Below are positions 9,157-17,025 of a DNA stretch of 58,241 bases, piece after piece. The position numbers and the translations under genes were made by a program. Under the pieces are notes generated by a model. The model was not told the origin of the DNA. It did not search any database and saw only the letters and a program-made list of their open reading frames with translations. The first letter of the stretch is position 1, and the number at the start of each line of letters is the position of its first letter. Source of the DNA: Patescibacteria group bacterium (lineage in GTDB: Bacteria; Patescibacteriota; Minisyncoccia; Phycocordibacterales; UBA9973); the NCBI GenBank assembly GCA_028865035.1, contig JAGWLB010000005.1, positions 1-58,241 on the forward strand. The letters run 5' to 3'.

Positions 9157-9720
9157 TTACCAGCAAATAGGATAATCACCATAAGTAAAATAAGGAGGAG
9201 TTGCACAAGGAGTAGGGTTCGTAGGAGGTATATCGTATTTATTTGTTACCATCCATGCTGATGTTGGGCGGATTAAATCATAAAAAGATTCACCGGCACT
9301 TGGATAACTTTCAGGACTGAGATTAGAAAGTAACTTATAGTTTGTTCCATTAGATTGATACAAAAATCCATCCAAAGTATTTGCAGGATCTAAAGGTAAA
9401 ACAGAAATATATTTTGGAACTAATCCTGGAATATAACCATTTGCTCCAGTGCCCCATCCACCATAAGAAGCAGCACCCCTCCACGCTCCCAAAGATGAAG
9501 GATAGGCATTGTGATCAATGTAATACATTTCGAGTGCTGATTGTATCTGTTTCATTTCCTGTTTACGAACTGCATCCCTACTTCTTGCTCGAGCACTGCT
9601 AATACTTGCAAGTATAATACTAGATAAAATACTTATGATAGCGATAACGACTAAAAGCTCAATAAGAGTGAATCCTTCATTGTTTTTATATTTTATCTCG
9701 GTATAATTTATTTTTTGCAT
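9157..9720 (-). CDS. type IV pilin-like protein (prepilin N-terminal cleavage/methylation domain)
   Basis: EGFTLIELLVVIAIISILSSIILA. Confidence 0.75.
   Translation of the reverse strand: MQKINYTEIKYKNNEGFTLIELLVVIAIISILSSIILASISSARARSRDAVRKQEMKQIQSALEMYYIDHNAYPSSLGAWRGAASYGGWGTGANGYIPGLVPKYISVLPLDPANTLDGFLYQSNGTNYKLLSNLSPESYPSAGESFYDLIRPTSAWMVTNKYDIPPTNPTPCATPPYFTYGDYPICW
9605..9696. repeat. 92-nt near-identical segment shared with 10259-10350 (5' ends of two pilin paralogs)
   Basis: Direct comparison shows only a few mismatches over 92 nt. Confidence 0.8.
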
Positions 9721-9810
9721 ATTAAATTTGATATTTGATCTATTTGTTTTAAAAATATTTTCTATTTTTCTATAAAAGTTATAAAAAGTTTGTAATGGAA
9801 TATTATTTTT

Positions 9811-10362
9811 TTAATTCTCAAATCCACCAGTTATCCAACTGAATCCTGAAGTTTTTTGCCAATCGTTGCCGCCATTACCAGGACAACTCCAACCCGGACT
9901 TCCTGGATATACCTTGCCAGTACCAACTGATTCCATTACACCTATACCTAAAACATAAAATGCACCACGCGAAGGATCGCAATACCCATCCCAACCAGCA
10001 GGATATTTATAATAAAAATAATTTCCGCAATTATTACTATTTATTGAGGGATCTAATATATTAGATGGTAAGAATTTGTTTTGTACTAATGCAGTAATAA
10101 ATGTACCATCCGCAGAAGTGTCCCATCCGAAACAACCCGCATTATCTCCAGAAGGGTAATGACCATATGTAGAGTTATATAATTCAAGAGCAATCTGTAT
10201 TTGATGCATATCAGATAGTCTTTTTGCATCTTTAGCTTTTGCACGAGCCGCACTTAGACTTGCAAGTACAATACTAGATAAAATACTTATGATAGCGATA
10301 ACTATTAAAAGCTCAATAAGAGTGAATCCTTCATTGTTTTTATATTTTATGCTCATAAGCAT
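9811..10362 (-). CDS. type IV pilin-like protein, paralog of 9157-9720
   Basis: EGFTLIELLIVIAIISILSSIVLA. Confidence 0.75.
   Translation of the reverse strand: MLMSIKYKNNEGFTLIELLIVIAIISILSSIVLASLSAARAKAKDAKRLSDMHQIQIALELYNSTYGHYPSGDNAGCFGWDTSADGTFITALVQNKFLPSNILDPSINSNNCGNYFYYKYPAGWDGYCDPSRGAFYVLGIGVMESVGTGKVYPGSPGWSCPGNGGNDWQKTSGFSWITGGFEN
10259..10350. repeat. second copy of the 92-nt pilin 5' segment
   Basis: See 9605-9696. Confidence 0.8.
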
Positions 10363-10667
10363 TATTTACCAGGCGTGGAGGTGTTATTTAGTCTCTGTAG
10401 ATTTATTTGTATATTTTTCTCTCTTTGTTTTAAAGATACTTTATGTCCGTTTCCAAAAACAAAAAATAATGGTATAATAATGGCTAATATTAAAATTCCA
10501 ACTACAATATATTCTGCTGTCTTTTCATCTTTTATTTTTCCACCAGAATATTTCATTACCAATCTTACAATTTTGGGTGTTTGAGTTTGAGTTTGGAAAG
10601 TAGGATGATTCATTCTGAATTCATCACCCTCAAATTCTACTTTTTGTTGATCATTATTTGAATACAT
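10362..10667 (-). CDS. small single-TM protein, translationally coupled (TAATG) to the downstream pilin paralog
   Basis: The stop overlaps the pilin ATG by 1 nt. One central hydrophobic helix. Confidence 0.45.
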   Translation of the reverse strand: MYSNNDQQKVEFEGDEFRMNHPTFQTQTQTPKIVRLVMKYSGGKIKDEKTAEYIVVGILILAIIIPLFFVFGNGHKVSLKQREKNIQINLQRLNNTSTPGK

Positions 10668-10754
10668 ATTTATTTTATATGCTAAATGTTTTATAAAATT
10701 CTATAAACCTATTTTAACATCAATATTTGAGTATCGCAAAAATATACATAACTG

Positions 10755-10841
10755 CGGAGCCGGCTGGATTCGAACCAGCGAGGGCTTTTAGACCCTGCAT
10801 CTTTAGCAAAGATGTACGTTAGACCACTCTGACACGGCTCC
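10755..10841 (-). tRNA. tRNA-Ser(GCT), type II with long variable arm
   Basis: Acceptor GGAGCCG/CGGCTCC, anticodon arm CATCT-TTGCTAA-AGATG, T-arm GCTGG-TTCGAAT-CCAGC, discriminator G. Confidence 0.85.
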
Positions 10842-10938
10842 TTTATACTTTTACACATTATCATATTTAATACTTTTACCCAAAAATCTTTTTACTTATA
10901 TTTATATTATGATAGTATGTGTAAATTGAAAGAAGTAG

Positions 10939-11025
10939 GGAGGCGTGGATGAGTGGTTTAAATCAACGGTTTACTAAACCGTCGTACTTTAATCGGTACC
11001 GTGAGTTCGAATCTCACCGCCTCCG
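10939..11025 (+). tRNA. type II tRNA with Ser identity features and an apparent ACT anticodon
   Basis: GGAGGCG-TG-GAT-GAGTGGTTTAA-ATC-A-ACGGT-TTACTAA-ACCGT-(variable arm)-GTGAG-TTCGAAT-CTCAC-CGCCTCC-G. Confidence 0.7.
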
Positions 11026-11124
11026 CAGTAAGAAAAAAGTATCGGCACACCCATCGTCATATGGCTGTAGTGTGATCCGAATGCCCGATTACCCAAAAGA
11101 CTTGTTTTAAGCTAAAATTAGAGC

Positions 11125-12069
11125 ATGAATTTCAAAGGTGACCAATTCCCCAAGAAAGAAGCAACCCCAATCAATTTAGAAGAAATGCGGGCTGATTTCA
11201 AGGGTTATAAAAACGCAGGCCTCCCGGCACAGGTTTGGCAAGATCTGCAAGAAAAATTTGAGAATGACACACTTCATTCATACGAAGAAACTCTAAATGA
11301 ATTCGGTGAGACTGAAATCATAATTGAAAACAATGACGAGAAGGTCATTGCAAACGAAGAACTTGTTAAATTTATCGACTCACACTTCTCAGGAGATCTA
11401 TTGAAACAAGCTCTTGTGTCGGCAATCGATATCAGATTGAACGAAGTAAATTACCAAGCACCTTCGGATAACTTCATTGGCATCGAGGCTGGGGAATATT
11501 ACATCCCAAAAGATGTCTTTCTAAAATATCACGACAAGCTTTCTGCTGAGCAACTTAAACACGTTGAGAATCATGTGTATCGCGCTGAGAGCTTTGCTGT
11601 TTGGAATCGCAACACCTCTAACGAATTGACTAATGTGGGATTGGTTGAGGCTGCTGCAGTATTACCAACGCCAGTCGCGATTTTCAATCAGGAATTTGAC
11701 AAAGAGAACAAGGGCATAAAGGAAAGCAAACTTAATGAAGTTGGTCTAGAATATCTTTCAGTGATTTCAGAAGAGGAAAGATCAAAAATGTATACTCTCG
11801 GTACTCTTTCTCATGAAATTGGACACAATATTTTTCAGCATTTGGTTTATAAAAAACCTCATGAGCAGGAATGGAAAGATATCATCGATAAGCTTGGTAA
11901 TATCACAGAGTATGCGAAAGAGTACGATAAGGGAAACGGAAAAGACTACGACGAAAACTTTTGTGAAGCGGTCCGTGTTTTTACCACGGCTCGTGAATGG
12001 TTAGATAAAAATGGATACGCTGAGATGGCTGGTTATATAGAGAAATATTTTCCAGATATCAAAAGCTAG
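11125..12069 (+). CDS. hypothetical protein with HExxH zinc-metallopeptidase motif
   Basis: TLSHEIGHNIF. The gene is visibly richer in G+C than its neighbours. TAAAAT lies 6 nt upstream of the ATG. Confidence 0.55.
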   Translation: MNFKGDQFPKKEATPINLEEMRADFKGYKNAGLPAQVWQDLQEKFENDTLHSYEETLNEFGETEIIIENNDEKVIANEELVKFIDSHFSGDLLKQALVSAIDIRLNEVNYQAPSDNFIGIEAGEYYIPKDVFLKYHDKLSAEQLKHVENHVYRAESFAVWNRNTSNELTNVGLVEAAAVLPTPVAIFNQEFDKENKGIKESKLNEVGLEYLSVISEEERSKMYTLGTLSHEIGHNIFQHLVYKKPHEQEWKDIIDKLGNITEYAKEYDKGNGKDYDENFCEAVRVFTTAREWLDKNGYAEMAGYIEKYFPDIKS

Positions 12070-12156
12070 TCCCGACCTACATGTCTCAGCTTGGTCCCTG
12101 AAAATATCCTCAATAACCTTTATGATGTCTCAAAGTCTTGGTACTAAACCCGAATG

Positions 12157-12263
12157 GCCCGCATTTACAAAATATGAGCCCTTTAGGGCCATTTTGTTAT
12201 GCGTAGGCGAGCAAAGTATCTACATACTTTGCGTGTGAGATTCGAAAATCTTTCCCCTACGAG
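12157..12263 (+). repeat. structured intergenic repeat R1 (hairpins followed by a T-arm-like CGTGTGAGATTCGAA)
   Basis: Homologous to 13019-13106: shared GCCCGCA, GGCGAG, a hairpin, and an exact 15-mer CGTGTGAGATTCGAA at 12232-12246 and 13088-13102. Confidence 0.6.
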
Positions 12264-12282
12264 ATTCCTCGTGGAAAAGGTG

Positions 12283-12288
12283 TATAAT
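12283..12288 (+). promoter_or_regulatory. -10 box TATAAT, 6 nt upstream of the ATG at 12295
   Basis: Read directly. Confidence 0.45.
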
Positions 12289-12294
12289 TTACAT

Positions 12295-12942
12295 ATGTAT
12301 TTCCATGGAGATAGAAATAAAAAAAATATTGCAATTACTTTTGATGATGGACCATCAGAAGAAACTCTTAATGTTTTAGCCATATTGAGAAAGTACAATA
12401 TTAAAGCAACATTTTTTATTGTTGGTAAGATGATAAAAAATAGAGAATCTATTATAGAAGCTATTAAAAAAGATGGCCACGAATTTGGAAATCATACTTT
12501 CTCACATAAAAGATTGTGGTTTAAATCAAAAAAGTTTATTAAGGAAGATATACAAAAATGTGATAATGAGTTACAAATATTTGGTATTAAAACTAATCTT
12601 ATTCGTTTTCCAGGATTAAAATATGGATTGAATGCTATTAAAATTTGCAAACTTTTAAATAAAAAAGTAATCGCTGTTGATTTTATAACTTTAAATCAAT
12701 TTGCTTGGGATTGGTTTAATCCATGGTTAAAGAAAATAGGATTAATTAAAAATAATATTAAAATCGACAAAGTAGTGAAAGTTACAGTAAAAAATACCAA
12801 AAATGGCTCAATATTAGGTTTCCATGATTATTTACAAGAAATAGGTCCTCACCCTGAATTATCCCCTATCTTAGAAGATATTTTGCCAAAACTGCAGATG
12901 AAGGGTTTTGATTTTGTAACCATTTCTGAGTTGTTAAATTAA
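12295..12942 (+). CDS. polysaccharide deacetylase (NodB homology domain)
   Basis: ITFDDGP and HEFGNHTFSH motifs. The start at 12295 is chosen because the longer ORF runs through repeat R1. Confidence 0.8.
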   Translation: MYFHGDRNKKNIAITFDDGPSEETLNVLAILRKYNIKATFFIVGKMIKNRESIIEAIKKDGHEFGNHTFSHKRLWFKSKKFIKEDIQKCDNELQIFGIKTNLIRFPGLKYGLNAIKICKLLNKKVIAVDFITLNQFAWDWFNPWLKKIGLIKNNIKIDKVVKVTVKNTKNGSILGFHDYLQEIGPHPELSPILEDILPKLQMKGFDFVTISELLN

Positions 12943-12979
12943 GTAATAATATAAAATATCATTTTCAGTATTTTAACCC

Positions 12980-13022
12980 TTATTCCCCAACAATCCAGTT
13001 CCAACTACGTACCATACTGCCC
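12980..13022 (+). repeat. 43-nt post-gene repeat A: TTATTCCCCAA..AGTTCCAACT..GTA..ATA...CCC
   Basis: Aligns with 13731-13772. Confidence 0.55.
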
Positions 13023-13106
13023 GCAAAAAAAAGAAGACCCGAAAGGGTTTTTCTTTTTGCGGGCGAGAAAGAGAACTGCTTCTCTTTCGTGTGAGATTCG
13101 AAGACC
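13019..13106 (+). repeat. structured intergenic repeat R2 (long hairpin CCCGCAAAAA...TTTTTGCGGG, second hairpin, then CGTGTGAGATTCGAA)
   Basis: See R1. Confidence 0.6.
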
Positions 13107-13189
13107 TTTTTTTATTTTCGAAAAGTGTACTCACTGTCTAATCACCGCATCAACAAGCAATCATTAAATATGTTAAAATAATCTTACTG

Positions 13190-13690
13190 ATGAACACATA
13201 TTTGTTTTATATTTTAAATATTTTACTTATAGCTCTACCTCTGGCTATTTTTGAAATAATTATAGAAAAGGATCATGGCTGGGGTAGCGGCTGGTCAAAA
13301 GATAAATGGTATGCAAAGCCATTCCACTCAAAAAGTTTATTCATTAGATCAATAATAAAAATACTGAACATTGAATCACCACTTTACTATCACGTCCTAG
13401 TATTTTGGGTAGTTCTACCAATAATTTTTATTACTGAATTTTTCTGGTTAGAGAGTAATATATTGTTATTAATATCCAGCTATATAGCAGTTATGATTTT
13501 TGAAGATTTCTTTTGGTTCTTACTTAATTGGAATTTTGATTCTTTAAGACAACTATGCAATGGACCAAAAGGTTCTATTTGGTGGCACAAACGCTGGCGT
13601 AAAATTTACAAGAATTATTATTTACCTGCATCATATTTTCCTACACTTTTATTGAGCATAATTTTACTTATCCTCTCTAGTGTATATTAA
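13190..13690 (+). CDS. integral membrane protein, function unknown
   Basis: Multiple hydrophobic helices. The gene is flanked by repeats A/R2 and B. Confidence 0.5.
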   Translation: MNTYLFYILNILLIALPLAIFEIIIEKDHGWGSGWSKDKWYAKPFHSKSLFIRSIIKILNIESPLYYHVLVFWVVLPIIFITEFFWLESNILLLISSYIAVMIFEDFFWFLLNWNFDSLRQLCNGPKGSIWWHKRWRKIYKNYYLPASYFPTLLLSIILLILSSVY

Positions 13691-13730
13691 TGTACTTATA
13701 ATTTTGTCTCTGTTGTCATACTACACTGAA

Positions 13731-13772
13731 TTATTGCCCCAAACGTAGTTCCAACTGAGTAGTATATTACCC
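13731..13772 (+). repeat. 42-nt post-gene repeat B (copy of repeat A)
   Basis: TTATTGCCCCAAACGTAGTTCCAACTGAGTAGTATATTACCC. Confidence 0.55.
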
Positions 13773-13809
13773 ATAGTAAATATACACAGTATGTATTAAA
13801 TGCTTAAAA

Positions 13810-13838
13810 TGTAATATATTTAAGGGTGTAAACGTCTT
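13810..13838 (+). promoter_or_regulatory. candidate ECF-type promoter TGTAAT-N17-CGTCTT just upstream of the sigma factor gene
   Basis: Resembles the ECF consensus (T)GAAC/GTAAC-N16-17-CGTC. The -10 element ends 5 nt before the ATG. Confidence 0.3.
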
Positions 13839-13843
13839 ATAGT

Positions 13844-14350
13844 ATGGATTACCTTAAAAAACAATTTGAAGAGGCATATGAAAATTATGCAAACGCAATA
13901 TACAGACTATGTATATATAAGACCAGCAATCATGAGCAAGCTGAAGACCTTACTCAAGAGGTATTTATACGTTACTGGGATTATGTATCAGAAGGTGGCA
14001 AGGTTTTAAATATAAAAGCATTTCTATATCAGACAGCAAGAAATCTTATTATTGATTATTATCGTAAAAAAAAGACCTCGTCACTTGATGTATTGCAAGA
14101 GCAAGGATTTGATCCGTCAGCAGATGATCATAATCGTATTGTGAATGAATCAGAGAAGAACATCGCTATACAGATAATAGAAAAGTTAGATGATAAATAT
14201 AGGGATGTAGTATATTTGCGATTAGTAGATGATATGAGTATGGAAGAAATTGCACAAACTCTCAAAATCAGCACGAATAATGCAACCGTACGTTTTCATA
14301 GAGGTTATAAACAGTTAGAATCATATATCAAAAACAATGAAAATCGATAA
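13844..14350 (+). CDS. ECF-type RNA polymerase sigma-70 family factor
   Basis: Region 2 (EDLTQEVFIRYW, ARNLIIDYYRKK) and region 4 HTH (MSMEEIAQTLKISTNNATVRFHRG). Confidence 0.85.
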   Translation: MDYLKKQFEEAYENYANAIYRLCIYKTSNHEQAEDLTQEVFIRYWDYVSEGGKVLNIKAFLYQTARNLIIDYYRKKKTSSLDVLQEQGFDPSADDHNRIVNESEKNIAIQIIEKLDDKYRDVVYLRLVDDMSMEEIAQTLKISTNNATVRFHRGYKQLESYIKNNENR

Positions 14351-15209
14351 AGAACAATTCAATATATCATTACAATCTTTTAAAGATATTAGATTGAGTG
14401 AAAAAGCTAAAGCCAGAATAAAATCTGAGCTAATTGAACATACTAACAATAGCAATGGTCATTCTATACCTAGCCCATATTCAAACATTATTACCAGCTT
14501 TTTATTTAAGCCTGTAGTCATAGCTTTGATCTTAGTATTTCTAATATCTGGAGGTGTGGCTTTTGCTTCACAAGCGAGTTTACCTGGCGATTTCCTTTAT
14601 CCTGTTAAAACAAATATTACAGAACCATTAATTAAACTCACGAAGTTAGACAATAAAGCAAAAGCATCATTTGAGCTAGAACTTGTAGATAGACGTATAT
14701 CAGAAATGCAGAAACTTTCGAAAGAAAATAAAGTAACCGAAGAAAAAACAAAAGAAAATTTTGCATTACTTGAGAGTAATATAAAGCAGTATAAACATTA
14801 TGAAAGCAATACAAAGCAGGAAGATTCTTATGACAAAAGAGCATCAGATATTAATGTACGTTTAAATGATTATAAAAATATTATTTCATCCGCTCCGGAA
14901 ACAACCCCTCCTACGAATGTTTATAGCAATGTTTTAGAAAAGATACCTTCACTTTCTTTACCTACAAAAAATAGTAATGAAAAAAATGATAAAGAAAAAA
15001 AAAGACAAGAACCTACAAACAAATTAGAAACTAAAATTATTCATAATGAAGACACTTCACACGAAGCAACAATACATAATAATACAAACGAAAATAATTT
15101 AAATATTGATACCAAGAACAATGTTGATATTGATACAAAAAGTACTTTGCCAGAGGAGGTAATTCCTGGTATAATTAAAAGTACTAACCCTAAAGATTTA
15201 AGTTTGTAA
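14337..15209 (+). CDS. putative anti-sigma factor / single-TM membrane protein
   Basis: Overlaps the sigma gene by 14 nt. It has an N-terminal cytoplasmic segment, one TM helix, and an extracytoplasmic coiled-coil/low-complexity region. Confidence 0.5.
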   Translation: MKIDKEQFNISLQSFKDIRLSEKAKARIKSELIEHTNNSNGHSIPSPYSNIITSFLFKPVVIALILVFLISGGVAFASQASLPGDFLYPVKTNITEPLIKLTKLDNKAKASFELELVDRRISEMQKLSKENKVTEEKTKENFALLESNIKQYKHYESNTKQEDSYDKRASDINVRLNDYKNIISSAPETTPPTNVYSNVLEKIPSLSLPTKNSNEKNDKEKKRQEPTNKLETKIIHNEDTSHEATIHNNTNENNLNIDTKNNVDIDTKSTLPEEVIPGIIKSTNPKDLSL

Positions 15210-15286
15210 TGTTTCATTGTTCACATACGTCTTCTATTGTGTCGGCGAAACAGGGTCATATTATTAGAAAATTATTAAAATTTATT

Positions 15287-16054
15287 ATGAAAAATATTAA
15301 AATATTAATGGGAGTAGGAAGTATTATAGCTCTATCACTTCTTACAACTTCAGTATCAGCTGCTAAATTAGCAACCGCTATTGATTCAAATGTTAGTGTA
15401 AGTAACAATGCTGAAAAATCAGTAGAAACAAATACTAACACAGACGCAAATATTAACGCTGATCTTAATGCATCTACAAACGCAAATGTGAATGCAAAAA
15501 CAGAAACATCTGTTGAGCAAAAAACTCAAGAGAGAAACCAAGAACAAACCAAAGAACAAACTCAAACAGAGACACAAAGTCAGGTGCAAAATCAAGATGA
15601 TGCTAATAAAGAACAGAATAAAGAACGTTCTGTCGTCTCAGAACAGAGGAGAAGCCAAGTAGCAAATGCTGTTCAAGAAATGCTAAAAGTAGCAGACAGA
15701 AGTGGCGGAATTGGCGAGCAAGTTAAGATTATAGCTCAAGACCAAAACCAGAACCAAGATAAATTAGAAGCAAGTTTAGCAAAAGTACAAGACAGAAGTG
15801 GATTTGCTAAGTTTTTCATTGGCCCAAATTATGGGGAGATAAATAATGCTCAAAAATTATTAGCTCAGAACAATGAACAAATTAAGCAATTAACTGAAAT
15901 TAAAGCCAAGATTTCAAATCAAGCCGATCAACAAGTTTTAGATCAGCAGATTCAGACATTAAACAATGCGAACTTGGAAGTTAATGCTTCTTTAAAAGCA
16001 TCTGAAAAAGGTTTTAGTTTGTTGGGATGGTTGTTTAAAATATTTGCTAAATAA
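15287..16054 (+). CDS. secreted coiled-coil / Asn-Gln-rich protein
   Basis: Signal peptide MKNIKILMGVGSIIALSLLTTSVSA. The internal ATG is preferred over the ORF-track start at 15209. Confidence 0.5.
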   Translation: MKNIKILMGVGSIIALSLLTTSVSAAKLATAIDSNVSVSNNAEKSVETNTNTDANINADLNASTNANVNAKTETSVEQKTQERNQEQTKEQTQTETQSQVQNQDDANKEQNKERSVVSEQRRSQVANAVQEMLKVADRSGGIGEQVKIIAQDQNQNQDKLEASLAKVQDRSGFAKFFIGPNYGEINNAQKLLAQNNEQIKQLTEIKAKISNQADQQVLDQQIQTLNNANLEVNASLKASEKGFSLLGWLFKIFAK

Positions 16055-16084
16055 TTAATATTTTATACATTATTCTTAATAAAT

Positions 16085-16107
16085 AAAATCCGCATTGAGC
16101 GGATTTT
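16085..16107 (+). terminator. rho-independent terminator
   Basis: AAAATCCGC-attga-GCGGATTTT followed by a T-rich tract. Confidence 0.6.
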
Positions 16108-16138
16108 ATTTATTGTTTTGACTTTATTATTATATTTA

Positions 16139-16327
16139 ATGTACAATAACACTATGATTATAGCTCAAACATTCATACAAACTATCTGGGCGACCATTCT
16201 ATTGTTAGGTTGGATAAAAGTTGCCATTATCGTACTTATTATAGCTGTGTTGTCTAGAGCACAGCCACTACTTGGTTTCCTAAGCGCAATTATCTTTATC
16301 GCATATCTAGCCCATTGGATAAATTAA
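16139..16327 (+). CDS. small two-TM membrane peptide (start uncertain)
   Basis: Hydrophobic ORF. Several in-frame ATGs are available. Confidence 0.3.
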   Translation: MYNNTMIIAQTFIQTIWATILLLGWIKVAIIVLIIAVLSRAQPLLGFLSAIIFIAYLAHWIN

Positions 16328-16342
16328 TTTTTTATTTGAATT

Positions 16343-16486
16343 ATGAAAACAAAAACAAAAAATTACTGGATAATAATTGTCTTAGTTATTATAGCGAACA
16401 TATTAATATTTTCATTTTTCTCAAAACATCTAGAAAGTTTAGTAACTAGTTATGCTATCGATAGTCAGAGCGCAAGTGGTTTATAG
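16343..16486 (+). CDS. possible 47-aa single-TM peptide
   Basis: MKTKTKNYWIIIVLVIIANILIFSFF... It falls below the ORF-track cutoff. Confidence 0.25.
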   Translation: MKTKTKNYWIIIVLVIIANILIFSFFSKHLESLVTSYAIDSQSASGL

Positions 16487-16500
16487 GATGTATTTCACCA

Positions 16501-17025
16501 ATGACTAAAAAAATAAAACTCACAACTAACCAAAGGATTAAGAAAAATATCTGGAGACGTATTTATCCTGTATTCCCTTGGTTGCAATCACATTTACTTA
16601 AATGGCATTTAGTTTGGCATGAAAAGGGTCGCCAGCCGTATCATTTAGGTTGGCTTGCTCCTGGAAAAACATTGCAAGATCTTGAAAATCATTTACACAA
16701 TGAATGGAATTTTGGTAATCACTTTGTAGCTTGGACTGATAAAGGACAAGTACTTTCATGGCGAAAGTTAGTGGATTTTGATAATCAATACCACATAAGA
16801 GTATTTAAAGATGGAGAAATACGTGGACACTTTGAGTATACCCCAGAAAGTAAACCCCTAGACCACTTTATAGAAATAAACGAGCAAGCTAGAATAGATG
16901 AATTTAAGAAATTTTTAGGACATTATGTAGTTCAAAAAAAATATATTTCACATCTAAAAAAGGATACAAGAACAGCTCCGGATTCTGAAATTACAATTGA
17001 TGAATCTTTGATTCTGGATAAATAA
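16501..17025 (+). CDS. hypothetical protein (Trp/His-rich), function unknown
   Basis: 174-aa ORF. Its 3' end overlaps the convergent ATP-grasp gene by 35 nt. Confidence 0.45.
   Translation: MTKKIKLTTNQRIKKNIWRRIYPVFPWLQSHLLKWHLVWHEKGRQPYHLGWLAPGKTLQDLENHLHNEWNFGNHFVAWTDKGQVLSWRKLVDFDNQYHIRVFKDGEIRGHFEYTPESKPLDHFIEINEQARIDEFKKFLGHYVVQKKYISHLKKDTRTAPDSEITIDESLILDK

Noticed and set aside
12183-12398. Minus-strand 71-aa ORF, and the long N-terminal extension of the deacetylase ORF from 12199
   Set aside because: Both run through intergenic repeat R1. A TATAAT-N6-ATG at 12295 gives a deacetylase of normal length starting just before the NodB motif.
15400-15620. Short tandem-looking repeats (AAT/GCA/AAC-rich)
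   Set aside because: They are in-frame low-complexity coding sequence (NTNTDANINADLNASTNANVNAK, QTQTETQSQVQNQ) of the secreted protein. They are not a CRISPR array or satellite, and no direct repeats with unique spacers occur anywhere in the window.
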